From Candidatus Daviesbacteria bacterium (GTDB taxonomy: Bacteria > Patescibacteriota > Microgenomatia > Daviesbacterales > UBA10151), in the NCBI GenBank assembly GCA_016187025.1, contig JACPKM010000001.1:43188-107187 (forward strand): 64,000 bases of DNA, in the 5' to 3' direction. The notes beneath the pieces were generated by a model. It was not told the DNA's origin and searched no databases. It worked only from the letters and a program-made list of their open reading frames with translations. Positions 9,973 through 20,035 of the stretch are shown in pieces (position 1 is the stretch's first letter; every line of letters starts with the position of its first letter). The translations under genes were made by a program, and so were the position numbers.

Positions 9973-10761
9973 ATGTCAGACCAAAAAGCAGAGTTTAACC
10001 AGACAGCATTTAACCCAGCTGACTATGTCCAGCCTGAATTACCCTTGAAGGGTGTAGTTTCTAAAGATAAGCGGTGGTATGAATTGGCAAGAATAGCACA
10101 AGAGGAGCACGACGATATTCTAGCTAATCGACTGCCTAGAGAGATCTATGTAAACAACAGAGCCACTCATGATCGCCAGCAAGAAATACTGGCGGAACAG
10201 ATAGGTATCGATCCCTTGACCTTACTTCCAAACAGGGCATCTTTTGATGAAAGGTTAACTGTCCTTGTTAGTGACGCCAGAAGGACCAAAAGGGCAGTGA
10301 ATGTACTCTTTATGGATATGGATAGATTCAAAGAGATAAATGATTTAGCTGACCATGATACAGGTGATTTGATACTGCAAAAGATGGCCCAAGCCATGAA
10401 TGATGTTTTCCACCGGGGTTCAGATTTAAAATCAAGAAGAGGCGGAGATGAGTTTACTGCCGGATTAGTGGATACAGATTTAAAAAATACGGTTATGCTC
10501 TGCAGAAAACTTCAGGCTGTTTTTGATAATCTACAAGATCAGGTTTCTGCTCAAAGAGTCAAAGACAGACAATCCCCTCTTCCTAACAAAGTCACCTTAA
10601 GTATTGGGATTGCCCCTTTTAACGGTCAAGATCCGGCGGCTTTAATAACACAAGCTGATGGAGCTATGTATTCAGCCAAAAAAAGTAATACCCCGGGTAG
10701 TATTCATATTGCCCATCAAGGACAATTTATAGATGCTGAGGAACTTCTTAAAGCAGCATAA
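9973..10761 (+). CDS. diguanylate cyclase (GGDEF domain)
   Basis: DPLTLLPNR, DMDRFKEIND, RGSD I-site, GGDEF, ADGAMY; likely ATG start at 9973. Confidence 0.88.
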   Translation: MSDQKAEFNQTAFNPADYVQPELPLKGVVSKDKRWYELARIAQEEHDDILANRLPREIYVNNRATHDRQQEILAEQIGIDPLTLLPNRASFDERLTVLVSDARRTKRAVNVLFMDMDRFKEINDLADHDTGDLILQKMAQAMNDVFHRGSDLKSRRGGDEFTAGLVDTDLKNTVMLCRKLQAVFDNLQDQVSAQRVKDRQSPLPNKVTLSIGIAPFNGQDPAALITQADGAMYSAKKSNTPGSIHIAHQGQFIDAEELLKAA

Positions 10762-10810
10762 ATCCCCTTATAAAATGAATTAGAAGCATAAATAAGGTAT
10801 AATTCGCTCT

Positions 10811-11101
10811 ATGAGAAATATACGTACCCCAAAACAGATTACTACTACCGATCTCCGTAACCCTAAACTGTTAAGCCGTTTCGTAAGAGCTTTGGTGAGG
10901 AAGCCTTTTCCAAACTATGGGGATATAAAAACAGGAGCGATATCACCAGACTCAGCAGCTGTTCAGTTAAGAAATACACGAAAGCAGATTCGATCTTTTG
11001 TTGAATCTTTATTTAGCCACGGGCTTACAATAGAGGAGATCAGAACCGAGGTTGAAGGCGTTGTACATCCTCACGGCGGAAACCTAGAAAAAGAGGGGTA
11101 A
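10811..11101 (+). CDS. hypothetical protein
   Basis: 96-aa ORF with TATAAT immediately upstream. Confidence 0.5.
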   Translation: MRNIRTPKQITTTDLRNPKLLSRFVRALVRKPFPNYGDIKTGAISPDSAAVQLRNTRKQIRSFVESLFSHGLTIEEIRTEVEGVVHPHGGNLEKEG

Positions 11102-11103
11102 GC

Positions 11104-12180
11104 CTACTTTAAAACATATGTAGCTTTTTTGGTTCCACCTACTTTTTTAACCAACCCCTTTTGCTTTAAAAACTTCAGCTCCCGCAGGACTGTGTCATCT
11201 GAGTAGTCCGGAAAGATTTTCCTGAAATCTTTATTTTGCATACTCTTGTGCTTGTGTAAAAACTCAATAATGGACATCTGGCGCTCATTTAACTCAACTT
11301 GGCCTCCCAGCTGATCTTTTAGTGACACGTCAACAGATATTCGTTGCACTTTCTCCTTTACCCTATTTAGCTCAATTGCTACACCCTCAATAAAGTATTC
11401 AAGCCAAGGGGTGAGATCCCGTTCATGGGTATCTAAAACCAGCTGATTAGAAACAGCTTGTAAAGTCAGGTAATAGTTCATTGGATTTTCATCAAAATAC
11501 TCTTCAAAAGAGAAAAACTTTCTTATATCGTAGTTATCTAAAAACATCACTAAAGTAGCCACAGCCCTTGCTACCCTGCCATTACCATCGACAAACGGAT
11601 GAATCCTGGCAAGCTCGTAATGAATAATTCCTGCTTTAATAACGGGGTGAATCTCTTTTGTCTCATCTGTATTGATCCAATTAACCAAATCCTCTATCAA
11701 GTAAGGTACTTCCACTGCTGGAGGAGGTGTATAAGAAATTTGTCCGGTCTTGGTATTCCGGATTACTACTTGACGGAATCTGAATTTGCCCACCGCATCC
11801 TCGGGCAAAATCTTTTCTGTGGTAAGTTTGTGAATTTCCAGGATGGTTTCGATATTTAATATATACCTGCCACTTCTACCCAACTGCTCAGCAATTGTAT
11901 CAATAAACCTTAAAACATTCCGGTAATTGAGAATTTCCTGAATATCCCTATCTCTTGCCAGGATCTCTTGTCCATCCAACACTTCCCTCACCTCCTCTTG
12001 AGATAAGGGATTACCCTCCAAATGAGTTCCATGATGAATAAACCTTTCTGCTGCTTCTTTTCTGAATTTGGCTTCCCAAACAGGAATCAGAGGTGCGTTG
12101 ATAATTACCTCCCGAGAAGCATCAATCCTGCCGACATTTCTTAGAATATTGTTAGAAATTGTATATTTAGGTACAAACAT
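11104..12180 (-). CDS. Fic family protein with C-terminal wHTH
   Basis: HPFVDGNGRVAR Fic motif; THLEGN N-terminal motif. Confidence 0.92.
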   Translation of the reverse strand: MFVPKYTISNNILRNVGRIDASREVIINAPLIPVWEAKFRKEAAERFIHHGTHLEGNPLSQEEVREVLDGQEILARDRDIQEILNYRNVLRFIDTIAEQLGRSGRYILNIETILEIHKLTTEKILPEDAVGKFRFRQVVIRNTKTGQISYTPPPAVEVPYLIEDLVNWINTDETKEIHPVIKAGIIHYELARIHPFVDGNGRVARAVATLVMFLDNYDIRKFFSFEEYFDENPMNYYLTLQAVSNQLVLDTHERDLTPWLEYFIEGVAIELNRVKEKVQRISVDVSLKDQLGGQVELNERQMSIIEFLHKHKSMQNKDFRKIFPDYSDDTVLRELKFLKQKGLVKKVGGTKKATYVLK

Positions 12181-12185
12181 AAGTC

Positions 12186-12247
12186 AGGTTTAGGTTGTAG
12201 CGGGTAGGTGGTAGTTTCTGTAATTGCTACAACCTAAAACCTACAAC
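12186..12247. repeat. inverted pair of heptamer arrays (AGGTTGT-type / CTACAAC-type) forming a hairpin
   Basis: ggtttaggttgtagc ... gctacaacctaaaacc in the carB-fic intergenic region. Confidence 0.7.
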
Positions 12248-12276
12248 ATCATTTTGTCATATTTCCCGCAAAAAAT

Positions 12277-15200
12277 CTAACATGCAACATACTCATCCCA
12301 GCATTTGATATTAAGCTCATCTGCCTTTTTGCAAGATATAGCTAAAATAAACTCTGTTGCAGATTGTAAATTAGTCAAAAGCGGCACTCCTGTATCAATA
12401 CACACCCTTCTTATCACATATCCATCCCGCTGATCAGAGGCAGACTCTCCAGGAATACTAATGTTGATAGCCAAATCTACCCGGTTGTTACTAACTAAAT
12501 CTATTGCCGAAGGCGATCTGCCCTCAGATATTTTAAACACTCTAGTATTTTTAATCCCATGATCTTTGAGAAGTTGCGAGGTATTTTTGGTAGCATAGAT
12601 TTTTAAATTTAGCTTTGAGATTTCTTGTGCTGCTTCCAAAAACTCCATCTTATTTTTATCTCCTCCTATCGAAACAAATACCCCCTTTTGAGGAATCTTT
12701 CCACCAGTTGACAATATTGCTTTAAGAAAAGCTTCATGTAGATCTTCTCCAAAACAGCCCACTTCCCCAGTAGACAACATCTCCACCCGAAGCTTTGGAT
12801 CGGCTCCTTTTATCCTATTAAAGGAAAACTGAGACGCTTTTACTCCTACATAGTCTAAATTTAAAGTATTAAAGACACAATCTAGCCTATTACCTAAAAT
12901 TGCCTCAACTGCAATCTCCACAAAGTTATTTTTGGTTACTTTTGACACAAATGGGAAAGACCTGGAAGCCCTTAAATTAAGCTCAATTACCATCACTTTA
13001 TTGTCTTTTGCCAAAAATTGAATATTAAATGGCCCGGTAATATCCAGAGCCTTTATTATGGCTCTGGCATCATTTTTAACCTGCCTTATTGTTTCTATAA
13101 AAAGCCTTTGAGGTGGTAAAACCAAGGTTGCATCTCCTGAATGAACTCCGGCATTTTCTATATGCTCAGAAATAGCATAAATCACCAGCTCCCCGTTACT
13201 GGCAACTCCATCAATTTCAATTTCTTTTGCATTTTCTATAAATTTTGATATAACAACAGGGTATTTAGGAGAAACTTGTGTAGCTTGTGTTAAATACCTT
13301 TTAAGCTCCGGTACAGAGTAAGCTACATTCATCGCGCTTCCTGATAAAACATATGAAGGCCTCACCATTACCGGAAAGCCAATTTTTTTGGAAAAAGCAT
13401 GTGCCACCTCTGAGTTTTTTAACTCCTGCCAAGCAGGTTGTGAAATATTTAAGCTATCCAGTAATTTACTAAACTTGTGTCTATTTTCTGCAATATCAAT
13501 ACTAACTGGATCTGTTCCCAGAATTGGAACTTTTTTCTCATATAAAGGAATTGCTAGATTATTAGGAATTTGTCCACCAAAGCTCAAAACTATTTTTCCT
13601 CCTTCCAAATCATAAATATCCAATACTCTTTCCAAGGTAAGCTCTTCAAAATAAAGCTTGTCTGCATTATCATAATCTGTTGAAACCGTTTCAGGATTAC
13701 AGTTTATGATTATTGTTTCCCAGCCCTTTTTCTTAAAAGAAAGTGCTGCTGTTACACAACACCAGTCAAACTCTACTGATGATCCAATCCTATACGGCCC
13801 AGAACCTAATACGATTACCTTCCTTCTTTCCCCCTTTCCACTTTCCCCTTGTTCTGACTCCTCTCCATGGTAAGTTAAATACAAATAATTAGTTTTAGCA
13901 GGATATTCAGCTGCCAGTGTATCGATGTGCTTAACCTTTGGTAAAATAGCCCACCCTTTTCTTAACTGCCTTATATCTTGTTCATCTTTCTTAAATACCT
14001 GAGCAATCAAATTATCTGAAAAACCTAATTTTTTTGCCTGAAGAAGATTATGCTTACTGAGCTTAAGTTTTTTTTCTTTTAATCTCTTTTCAAAATTAAC
14101 AATTTCCAAAAGCTGATAAAGATACCACCTATCAACACCTGTTTCATTATAAATTTCATCAACTGAGGTGCCTTTGGCCAGTTCTCCTGCTACCGAAAAA
14201 ATTCTTTGTGTATTTGGAGAAAGTAACTTCTTAGAAGAAACATTTATTTTTGATTTTCCACCAAGCAGGCCATCCTGACCATTTCCCAAAGATCTTATGG
14301 CTTTTTGTAAGCTTTCAGGAAAGCTTCTACCTATGGCCATTACCTCCCCCACGCTTTTCATCTCAGATCCAATGGTCTCTGATGCTCCAACAAATTTTTG
14401 TAAATCCCACTTTGGCACTTTTACCACAATATAGTCCAAGCTTGGCTCAAAAAAGGCTGAGGTTGATTTAGTGACACTGTTTTTCAACTCAGAGAGTGTA
14501 TACCCCAGGCCAATTTTGGCAGCAACATATGCCAAAGGATAACCAGTAGCTTTTGATGCAAGAGCTGAGGAGCGCGAAAGCCTGGCATTCACCTCAATCA
14601 CTCTGTATTCATTGCTTTGGGGATTTAGAGCAAACTGGATATTACACTCTCCCACAATCTTTAGCTGTTCAATTACTTTCAAAGATATCTGCCGTAACAG
14701 ATGATATTGGTAGTTGTTTAAAGTTTGCGAAGGTGCAACTACAATACTCTCCCCTGTATGTATTCCCAATGGATCCAAGTTTTCCATATTACAAACAGTA
14801 ATCTTGTTACCCTCGCCATCCCTGACTATTTCGTATTCAATTTCCTTCCAATGTTTTAAATATTCCTCAATTGCGACCTGAGGTGCATGTTTTAAGGCTT
14901 TAGAGACCACCTGAGTTAACTCTTTTTGGTTGTAAACAACAGCTGAGCCCAATCCTCCCAAAGAGTACCCGGATCTAACTAAAAGAGGAAATTGTAAATT
15001 CTTAATAACTTCTAAGACCTCGTTTAGACTACTGGCAAAACCGCCTTTGGGGATCAAAACACCAATTTTTTCCAACTCCATGGCAAAAAGTTTTCTATCT
15101 TCAGTAATTTCGATGGTTTTTGCTGCTGTTCCTAAAACTTTGACATGGTTTTTTTCCAAAATACCTGATTTTGCCAAACTTAAACCACAATTAAGGGCAG

Positions 15201-15471
15201 TCTGGCCACCAAATGACAAGAAGATCCCATCGGGTTTTTCTTTTTTGATTACTTTTTCCACAAAGAAAGGATTGACCGGCAAAAAATAAACCTTATCTGC
15301 CAAAGATTGAGAGGTTTGGATTGTGGCAATATTAGGATTTATCAAAACTGTTTCAACGCTTTCTTCTTTTAAGGCCTTTAGTGCCTGAGAACCAGAGTAA
15401 TCAAACTCTCCTGCCTCCCCTATTTTCAGGGCCCCCGAGCCCAATACCAGTACTTTCCTCAATTTATTCAT
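12277..15471 (-). CDS. carB: carbamoyl-phosphate synthase large subunit
   Basis: GSGALKIGEAGEFDYSG, duplicated ATP-grasp domains, GVHSGD, C-terminal MGS domain. Confidence 0.96.
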   Translation of the reverse strand: MNKLRKVLVLGSGALKIGEAGEFDYSGSQALKALKEESVETVLINPNIATIQTSQSLADKVYFLPVNPFFVEKVIKKEKPDGIFLSFGGQTALNCGLSLAKSGILEKNHVKVLGTAAKTIEITEDRKLFAMELEKIGVLIPKGGFASSLNEVLEVIKNLQFPLLVRSGYSLGGLGSAVVYNQKELTQVVSKALKHAPQVAIEEYLKHWKEIEYEIVRDGEGNKITVCNMENLDPLGIHTGESIVVAPSQTLNNYQYHLLRQISLKVIEQLKIVGECNIQFALNPQSNEYRVIEVNARLSRSSALASKATGYPLAYVAAKIGLGYTLSELKNSVTKSTSAFFEPSLDYIVVKVPKWDLQKFVGASETIGSEMKSVGEVMAIGRSFPESLQKAIRSLGNGQDGLLGGKSKINVSSKKLLSPNTQRIFSVAGELAKGTSVDEIYNETGVDRWYLYQLLEIVNFEKRLKEKKLKLSKHNLLQAKKLGFSDNLIAQVFKKDEQDIRQLRKGWAILPKVKHIDTLAAEYPAKTNYLYLTYHGEESEQGESGKGERRKVIVLGSGPYRIGSSVEFDWCCVTAALSFKKKGWETIIINCNPETVSTDYDNADKLYFEELTLERVLDIYDLEGGKIVLSFGGQIPNNLAIPLYEKKVPILGTDPVSIDIAENRHKFSKLLDSLNISQPAWQELKNSEVAHAFSKKIGFPVMVRPSYVLSGSAMNVAYSVPELKRYLTQATQVSPKYPVVISKFIENAKEIEIDGVASNGELVIYAISEHIENAGVHSGDATLVLPPQRLFIETIRQVKNDARAIIKALDITGPFNIQFLAKDNKVMVIELNLRASRSFPFVSKVTKNNFVEIAVEAILGNRLDCVFNTLNLDYVGVKASQFSFNRIKGADPKLRVEMLSTGEVGCFGEDLHEAFLKAILSTGGKIPQKGVFVSIGGDKNKMEFLEAAQEISKLNLKIYATKNTSQLLKDHGIKNTRVFKISEGRSPSAIDLVSNNRVDLAINISIPGESASDQRDGYVIRRVCIDTGVPLLTNLQSATEFILAISCKKADELNIKCWDEYVAC

Positions 15472-15498
15472 AATTTAATATAAAATTACTCTTAGCTG

Positions 15499-16542
15499 CT
15501 AAAGATAAGTTAAAAATTCATCAAACAAATATCCCCCATCAGTTGGACCTGGGCTTGCTTCAGGATGAAACTGAACTGATAAGAATGGTTTTTTGACATG
15601 TCTTACCCCTTCATTTGTGCCATCATTTAAGTTTATAAACCATTCTTGCCAATTATTCGAAAGAGTTTTGCTACTGATGGCAAAACCATGATTTTGAGAG
15701 GTGATAATAGCCTTTTTTGAAATCAAATCTTTAACTGGCTGATTTTGGCCTCTATGACCAAATTTCAATTTATAGGTATCAGCCCCAGCTGCTAGTCCCA
15801 AAAGCTGACTTCCTAAACATATACCAAAAGTAGGAACATTCTCATCAATTAATTGCCTGATTGTATCAATTGTCTCTTTGGCTTGCTTTGGGTCTCCCGG
15901 ACCATTAGAAATCATGACCCCATCAAAGTTTAAGTTGTTTTTTATAGGGTTAAAGTTCCAGGGAACTACTGTTATTTTAACTTTTCTTTTTAAAAAGCTT
16001 TTTATGATATTTGATTTGGCTCCACAATCTATCAAAATAATATGTTTTTTTCCTTCCCCAAATGTTTGCGGTTTATCTACACTGACAAAAGGCAATACAT
16101 TTTCTTTATTCGGATCATAACTTTCCCCCTTTCCGCTTTCCCCTGACTCAATTCTTCCCAGCATCACTCCCCTTTCCCTTAATTTTCTTACCAAAAATCT
16201 GGTGTCAATATTAAAAAGCCCAGGAATATTATCTTTTTTTAGCCAATCACTTAAAGTTTTTTGACTTTCAAAATGAGATGGGGTGTCAATATAATTTTGT
16301 ACAATTACTCCCTTAACCTGAATTTTTTTAGATTCCCAATACTTTGTATCTGGAATTCCATAATTTCCCACTAAAGGATAAGTTAAAACAAGAATCTGAC
16401 CATAATAAGAAGGGTCGGTCAGGCTTTCCACATAACCCACCATTCCTGTGTTAAAAACCACCTCTCCGGAAATGTTTGTGATAGCCCCAAAAAAATCACC
16501 TTCAAATGTGTTTTGATCTGCTAGTATTAATTTACCTTTCAT
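15499..16542 (-). CDS. carA: carbamoyl-phosphate synthase small subunit
   Basis: GEVVFNTGMVGY..TDPSY, SNGPGDP, GICLG, QFHPE. Confidence 0.96.
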   Translation of the reverse strand: MKGKLILADQNTFEGDFFGAITNISGEVVFNTGMVGYVESLTDPSYYGQILVLTYPLVGNYGIPDTKYWESKKIQVKGVIVQNYIDTPSHFESQKTLSDWLKKDNIPGLFNIDTRFLVRKLRERGVMLGRIESGESGKGESYDPNKENVLPFVSVDKPQTFGEGKKHIILIDCGAKSNIIKSFLKRKVKITVVPWNFNPIKNNLNFDGVMISNGPGDPKQAKETIDTIRQLIDENVPTFGICLGSQLLGLAAGADTYKLKFGHRGQNQPVKDLISKKAIITSQNHGFAISSKTLSNNWQEWFINLNDGTNEGVRHVKKPFLSVQFHPEASPGPTDGGYLFDEFLTYL

Positions 16543-16550
16543 AATTTTCC

Positions 16551-16575
16551 AAAAAAATACCGCCCCTAAGGCGGT
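16551..16575 (-). terminator. intrinsic terminator-like hairpin in the carA leader
   Basis: ACCGCC-TTAGG-GGCGGT followed by ATTTTTTT, just upstream of the carA ATG. Confidence 0.65.
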
Positions 16576-16632
16576 CTTGCAATTACTTTATAACAAAACC
16601 AGTAATATATTTAAACATGAAATCAAGGGTGA

Positions 16633-16736
16633 TAATGAACTACCCTGCAGCAGAGCTGCGAGGTATCGCAAGCGAAAGTTCTTGTTACCAAGTTGTAACC
16701 GCGCAGTAAACTGCTCGGTATTATGTAACAATAAAG
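16633..16736. mobile_element. non-autonomous palindromic miniature element (IS200/IS605-end-like), copy 1
   Basis: taatgaactaccctgcagcagagctgcgaggtatc...gtaacaataaag; homologous copy at 37195-37361. Confidence 0.6.
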
Positions 16737-16794
16737 AAGAAGTACCATTCCGTCAACCCCTTAAATTGAAGGTTGTGTTAAAATATCAGATAGA

Positions 16795-17073
16795 ATGGCT
16801 AAAAATAAAGCAAAGGGGGGAAGCCAAAGTAAACGGTTCCATGAAGAGCTGATAGATAGAATGCTAGCCCTTGCAACCTCCGGTTTCGGACTTGTTGCAG
16901 CCCTTGCCTGGAATGAAACAATCCAGGCTTTTGTCCAGGATTATATCCAAAAATATTTCCCTCAATCATATGGTTTAATCTCAAAACTTTTATATGCCGT
17001 CTTAATAACTATTTTTGCTGTTTTTATTACCTACCAACTATCAAAACTTTCCGCCAAATTCAATAAACCGTAG
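16795..17073 (+). CDS. small two-TM membrane protein (DUF5654-like)
   Basis: ATSGFGLVAALAWNETIQ motif. Confidence 0.75.
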   Translation: MAKNKAKGGSQSKRFHEELIDRMLALATSGFGLVAALAWNETIQAFVQDYIQKYFPQSYGLISKLLYAVLITIFAVFITYQLSKLSAKFNKP

Positions 17074-17086
17074 GTTATAAACTTAC

Positions 17087-18148
17087 TTAAATAATCTGTC
17101 CATTATCTACTTTTAAAATCCTGGCTGAATCTAAAAACTCTTGTGGGATATTTTCTAACTCCACTGTTGAGATAATTGTCTGCTGTCTTGAAACTATGCT
17201 TACAACATATGCCCGATGAGCAGCATCCAACTCTGAAAACACATCATCTAAAAGCAGGACCGGCCTTTTACCTAGTTTACCCGCCATAAACTCCAGCTGG
17301 GCTAGTTTGAAAGCTAGGGTGGCAGTTCTTTGCTCTCCCCGAGACCCGAAGTGGGATAAATGCCTGCCATTTAACTCCATACTATAATCATCACGGTGCG
17401 GTCCGATCAAAGTTGCTGCTGCAGCAATTTCTCTGCTTTGGCTACCAGCTAGTTTTTCTGAAGATATTTCTGACTTTTGATATTTAAAACCAAAATCCCC
17501 TAAAGGATCTTCTAAAGACCTGACAAACTCAAAAAAATCTTGTCTTTTGCTTTGTATAAGATATGCATTAGTTAATAAACCTTGTGTCCAATAGGCCAAC
17601 TCATCTGCCTTTCCTTCACCTTCTCTTATTTTTTTCAACACTCTATTTCTGGCTGTTAAAAACTGCTCATATAAACTCAGAGCTCTCTTATACTCACTAT
17701 CAACTTGGGCCAAAGACACATCTAAATGCCATCTTCGCAGTGAGGGGCTACCTGTGACCATTTCAATATCTGATGGATAAAAAATCACGGCTGGTAGATT
17801 ACCCACAAAATCAACAACTCTTCTGGGTATACCATTTACCAAAACTTTCTTTTTAAACTCTTCCTGACCCTTTTGTTGGCGATTTAATACAATTACTAAC
17901 TCTGTCTTGTCATTTTCTCTATCTTCTAAGCTTGCTTCTACTCTTGAAAAGGGCTCAGCTTCCCTAATCAACTCATATTCTATTTCTACTCTTGTTGATT
18001 TGGTTGTTGATAAAAAATAGATAGCTTCTAAAACATTAGACTTTCCGGCAGCATTGTTTCCCAGCAGAACAGTTGTACGGTTATCAAAGTCTAAATTAAG
18101 CTGAGAGTAGTTTCTAAAATTGGTTAAGTGGAGGCTTTTTAAAAACAT
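17087..18148 (-). CDS. recF: DNA replication/repair protein RecF
   Basis: NFRNY, GNNAAGKSN, GPHRDD, SRGEQR, LLLDDVFSELD; likely start at 18148. Confidence 0.95.
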   Translation of the reverse strand: MFLKSLHLTNFRNYSQLNLDFDNRTTVLLGNNAAGKSNVLEAIYFLSTTKSTRVEIEYELIREAEPFSRVEASLEDRENDKTELVIVLNRQQKGQEEFKKKVLVNGIPRRVVDFVGNLPAVIFYPSDIEMVTGSPSLRRWHLDVSLAQVDSEYKRALSLYEQFLTARNRVLKKIREGEGKADELAYWTQGLLTNAYLIQSKRQDFFEFVRSLEDPLGDFGFKYQKSEISSEKLAGSQSREIAAAATLIGPHRDDYSMELNGRHLSHFGSRGEQRTATLAFKLAQLEFMAGKLGKRPVLLLDDVFSELDAAHRAYVVSIVSRQQTIISTVELENIPQEFLDSARILKVDNGQII

Positions 18149-18159
18149 GAGAAATAATG

Positions 18160-19029
18160 CTATTTTTGGCACGTCGGACAAAAATATGTCCCCCTACCAC
18201 CTAACTGAATCTTTTCAATATTAGTTTTGCATTTTTCACAAGGATGACCATCTAGTCCGTAAACATAGGCATAATCTAAAAAATAGCCTTTCTGGCCCTC
18301 AGCATCCACAAAATGGGCTCTGGTTGACCCACCATATCTTATTCCCTCCTCCAAAGACTTTATTATCCCTTTATACAGAGCTTTGAACTGTTCATCAGAT
18401 AATTTAGAAACCTTTGTTCTGGGGTCAACTTTGGCATCAAAGCAAGCTTCATTGGCATAGATATTACCTACTCCAGCCACCACTTGAGGATCCATGATGG
18501 CTACTTTAACAGGCATGCTCTTGTGTTTTAACAGATTCTGTTTTAAAAGTTGCCAGTTAAACCCTTTTTCCAATGGTTCCGGCCCCAAGTTTTTCATAAA
18601 CTTTACACTTTGCACTTTGAACTTTTCACTTACTCTAACCCACCCAAATCTTCTTTGGTCGTTAAAATATAAGTGGGAACCATCACTAAAACTAAAGATT
18701 ACTCTGGTATGACTATTTGGCATTTGATCCCTCATATCAGGAGTTGGATGCCCGCCTATAAAACTTTCCCCTTGACCCTTTCCGCTTTCCCCTTTCCAAA
18801 TCAATTGTCCTGTCATCTTAAGATGAAATAATAAAGTGATATCACTACTTAAATCTATACCTAGAAATTTAGCTCTTCTCCAAATATTGAGCACTTTTTG
18901 ACCCTCTGCCTGATTTGGATTTCCAGTGAAAGATTTTGGGGAAAGTATTTGAATTTTTTTGATTGTTAAACCAATAATTTTCTTTTGCAACCCTAATTTT
19001 ATTGTCTCTACTTCGGGTAACTCCGGCAT
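18160..19029 (-). CDS. mutM: formamidopyrimidine-DNA glycosylase
   Basis: MPELPEVE, HLKMTG, GVGNIYA, C-terminal zinc finger. Confidence 0.96.
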   Translation of the reverse strand: MPELPEVETIKLGLQKKIIGLTIKKIQILSPKSFTGNPNQAEGQKVLNIWRRAKFLGIDLSSDITLLFHLKMTGQLIWKGESGKGQGESFIGGHPTPDMRDQMPNSHTRVIFSFSDGSHLYFNDQRRFGWVRVSEKFKVQSVKFMKNLGPEPLEKGFNWQLLKQNLLKHKSMPVKVAIMDPQVVAGVGNIYANEACFDAKVDPRTKVSKLSDEQFKALYKGIIKSLEEGIRYGGSTRAHFVDAEGQKGYFLDYAYVYGLDGHPCEKCKTNIEKIQLGGRGTYFCPTCQK

Positions 19030-19042
19030 GAGAAGTATTTTA

Positions 19043-20026
19043 CTACAATGCTTCTGAAACTTTTTTCACTCTTTCTAAAAATACTTTTTGAGCATCTGTT
19101 ATATTTTCATCTTTTCCTGCCCAAGTTTTAATGGCATCCATCTCTATAGCTCTTTCAAAAGAAAAGGTAATGGGCCATGGTTTATTGGGAATTCGGGCAA
19201 TAGCTTTTAAATTTCCGATCGCACCTTGAGGAGTTTGTCCACCAGATAGAAAGACAATCCCCGCAACTTCATGAGGTACTACTCTTGTTAACATATCTAC
19301 AGTTTCTCTAGCTACCTCTTCACTGGTTATTTGTCCTGGAAAACCTTTTCCTGGTAAAACCATGTTCGTTTTTAGTATTAATCCTTCCAAACTAACATTA
19401 AATTCTTTTAGATATTCAAAAACTGAGGTTAACGTTTGAATTGTAACTTCTTCACACACTTTTATATCATGATCCCCTTCCATTAAAACTTCCGGCTCGA
19501 CTATTGGCACTATATCCTGCTCCTGACATACTAGAGCATACTTGGCCAGTGTCTGAGCATTAGCCTCAATACACTCTCTGGTAGGTATTCCATTTCCAAT
19601 GGTAATAACTGCTCTCCACTTAGCAAATCTTGCATCCATAGCTTTATATTCTGCTAGTCTCTCACTCAAACCATCTAACCCCTCCGTTATTTTCTCTTTA
19701 GAAAAAGGGGTAAATTCTTTTGTTCCCTGGTCTAGCTTGATACCGGGAATAATCCCTCTGTTGGTTAAAAATTCTGGAACAGATACTCCTTCTTTTGTCC
19801 GAGAGCGGATTGTTTCATCATATAAAATGATTCCACTTAAATATCTTTCAATTTCCGGAGTAGAAAATAAAACTAATCTGTAATCGAGGCTAATTCCTTC
19901 ATAATATAGAATTTGTAAATCAACTAGACGTTTTTTTAAAGAAGAAGTAGTCACATCCGCAGCATAAATTCCTTTTCCCCTAGTAAATAGAGCCCGGGTT
20001 GTAGATTGCAAAGTAGCAATATCCAT
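19043..20026 (-). CDS. fructose-bisphosphate aldolase class I
   Basis: KGIYAAD, PGIKLD, FAKWRAV, VPIVEPEV, LKTNMV Schiff-base Lys, FLSGGQ. Confidence 0.9.
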   Translation of the reverse strand: MDIATLQSTTRALFTRGKGIYAADVTTSSLKKRLVDLQILYYEGISLDYRLVLFSTPEIERYLSGIILYDETIRSRTKEGVSVPEFLTNRGIIPGIKLDQGTKEFTPFSKEKITEGLDGLSERLAEYKAMDARFAKWRAVITIGNGIPTRECIEANAQTLAKYALVCQEQDIVPIVEPEVLMEGDHDIKVCEEVTIQTLTSVFEYLKEFNVSLEGLILKTNMVLPGKGFPGQITSEEVARETVDMLTRVVPHEVAGIVFLSGGQTPQGAIGNLKAIARIPNKPWPITFSFERAIEMDAIKTWAGKDENITDAQKVFLERVKKVSEAL

Positions 20027-20035
20027 TTACAAATA

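Noticed and set aside
16577-16852. 91-aa ORF
   Set aside because: It runs through the palindromic element and overlaps the better-supported 16795-17073 gene.
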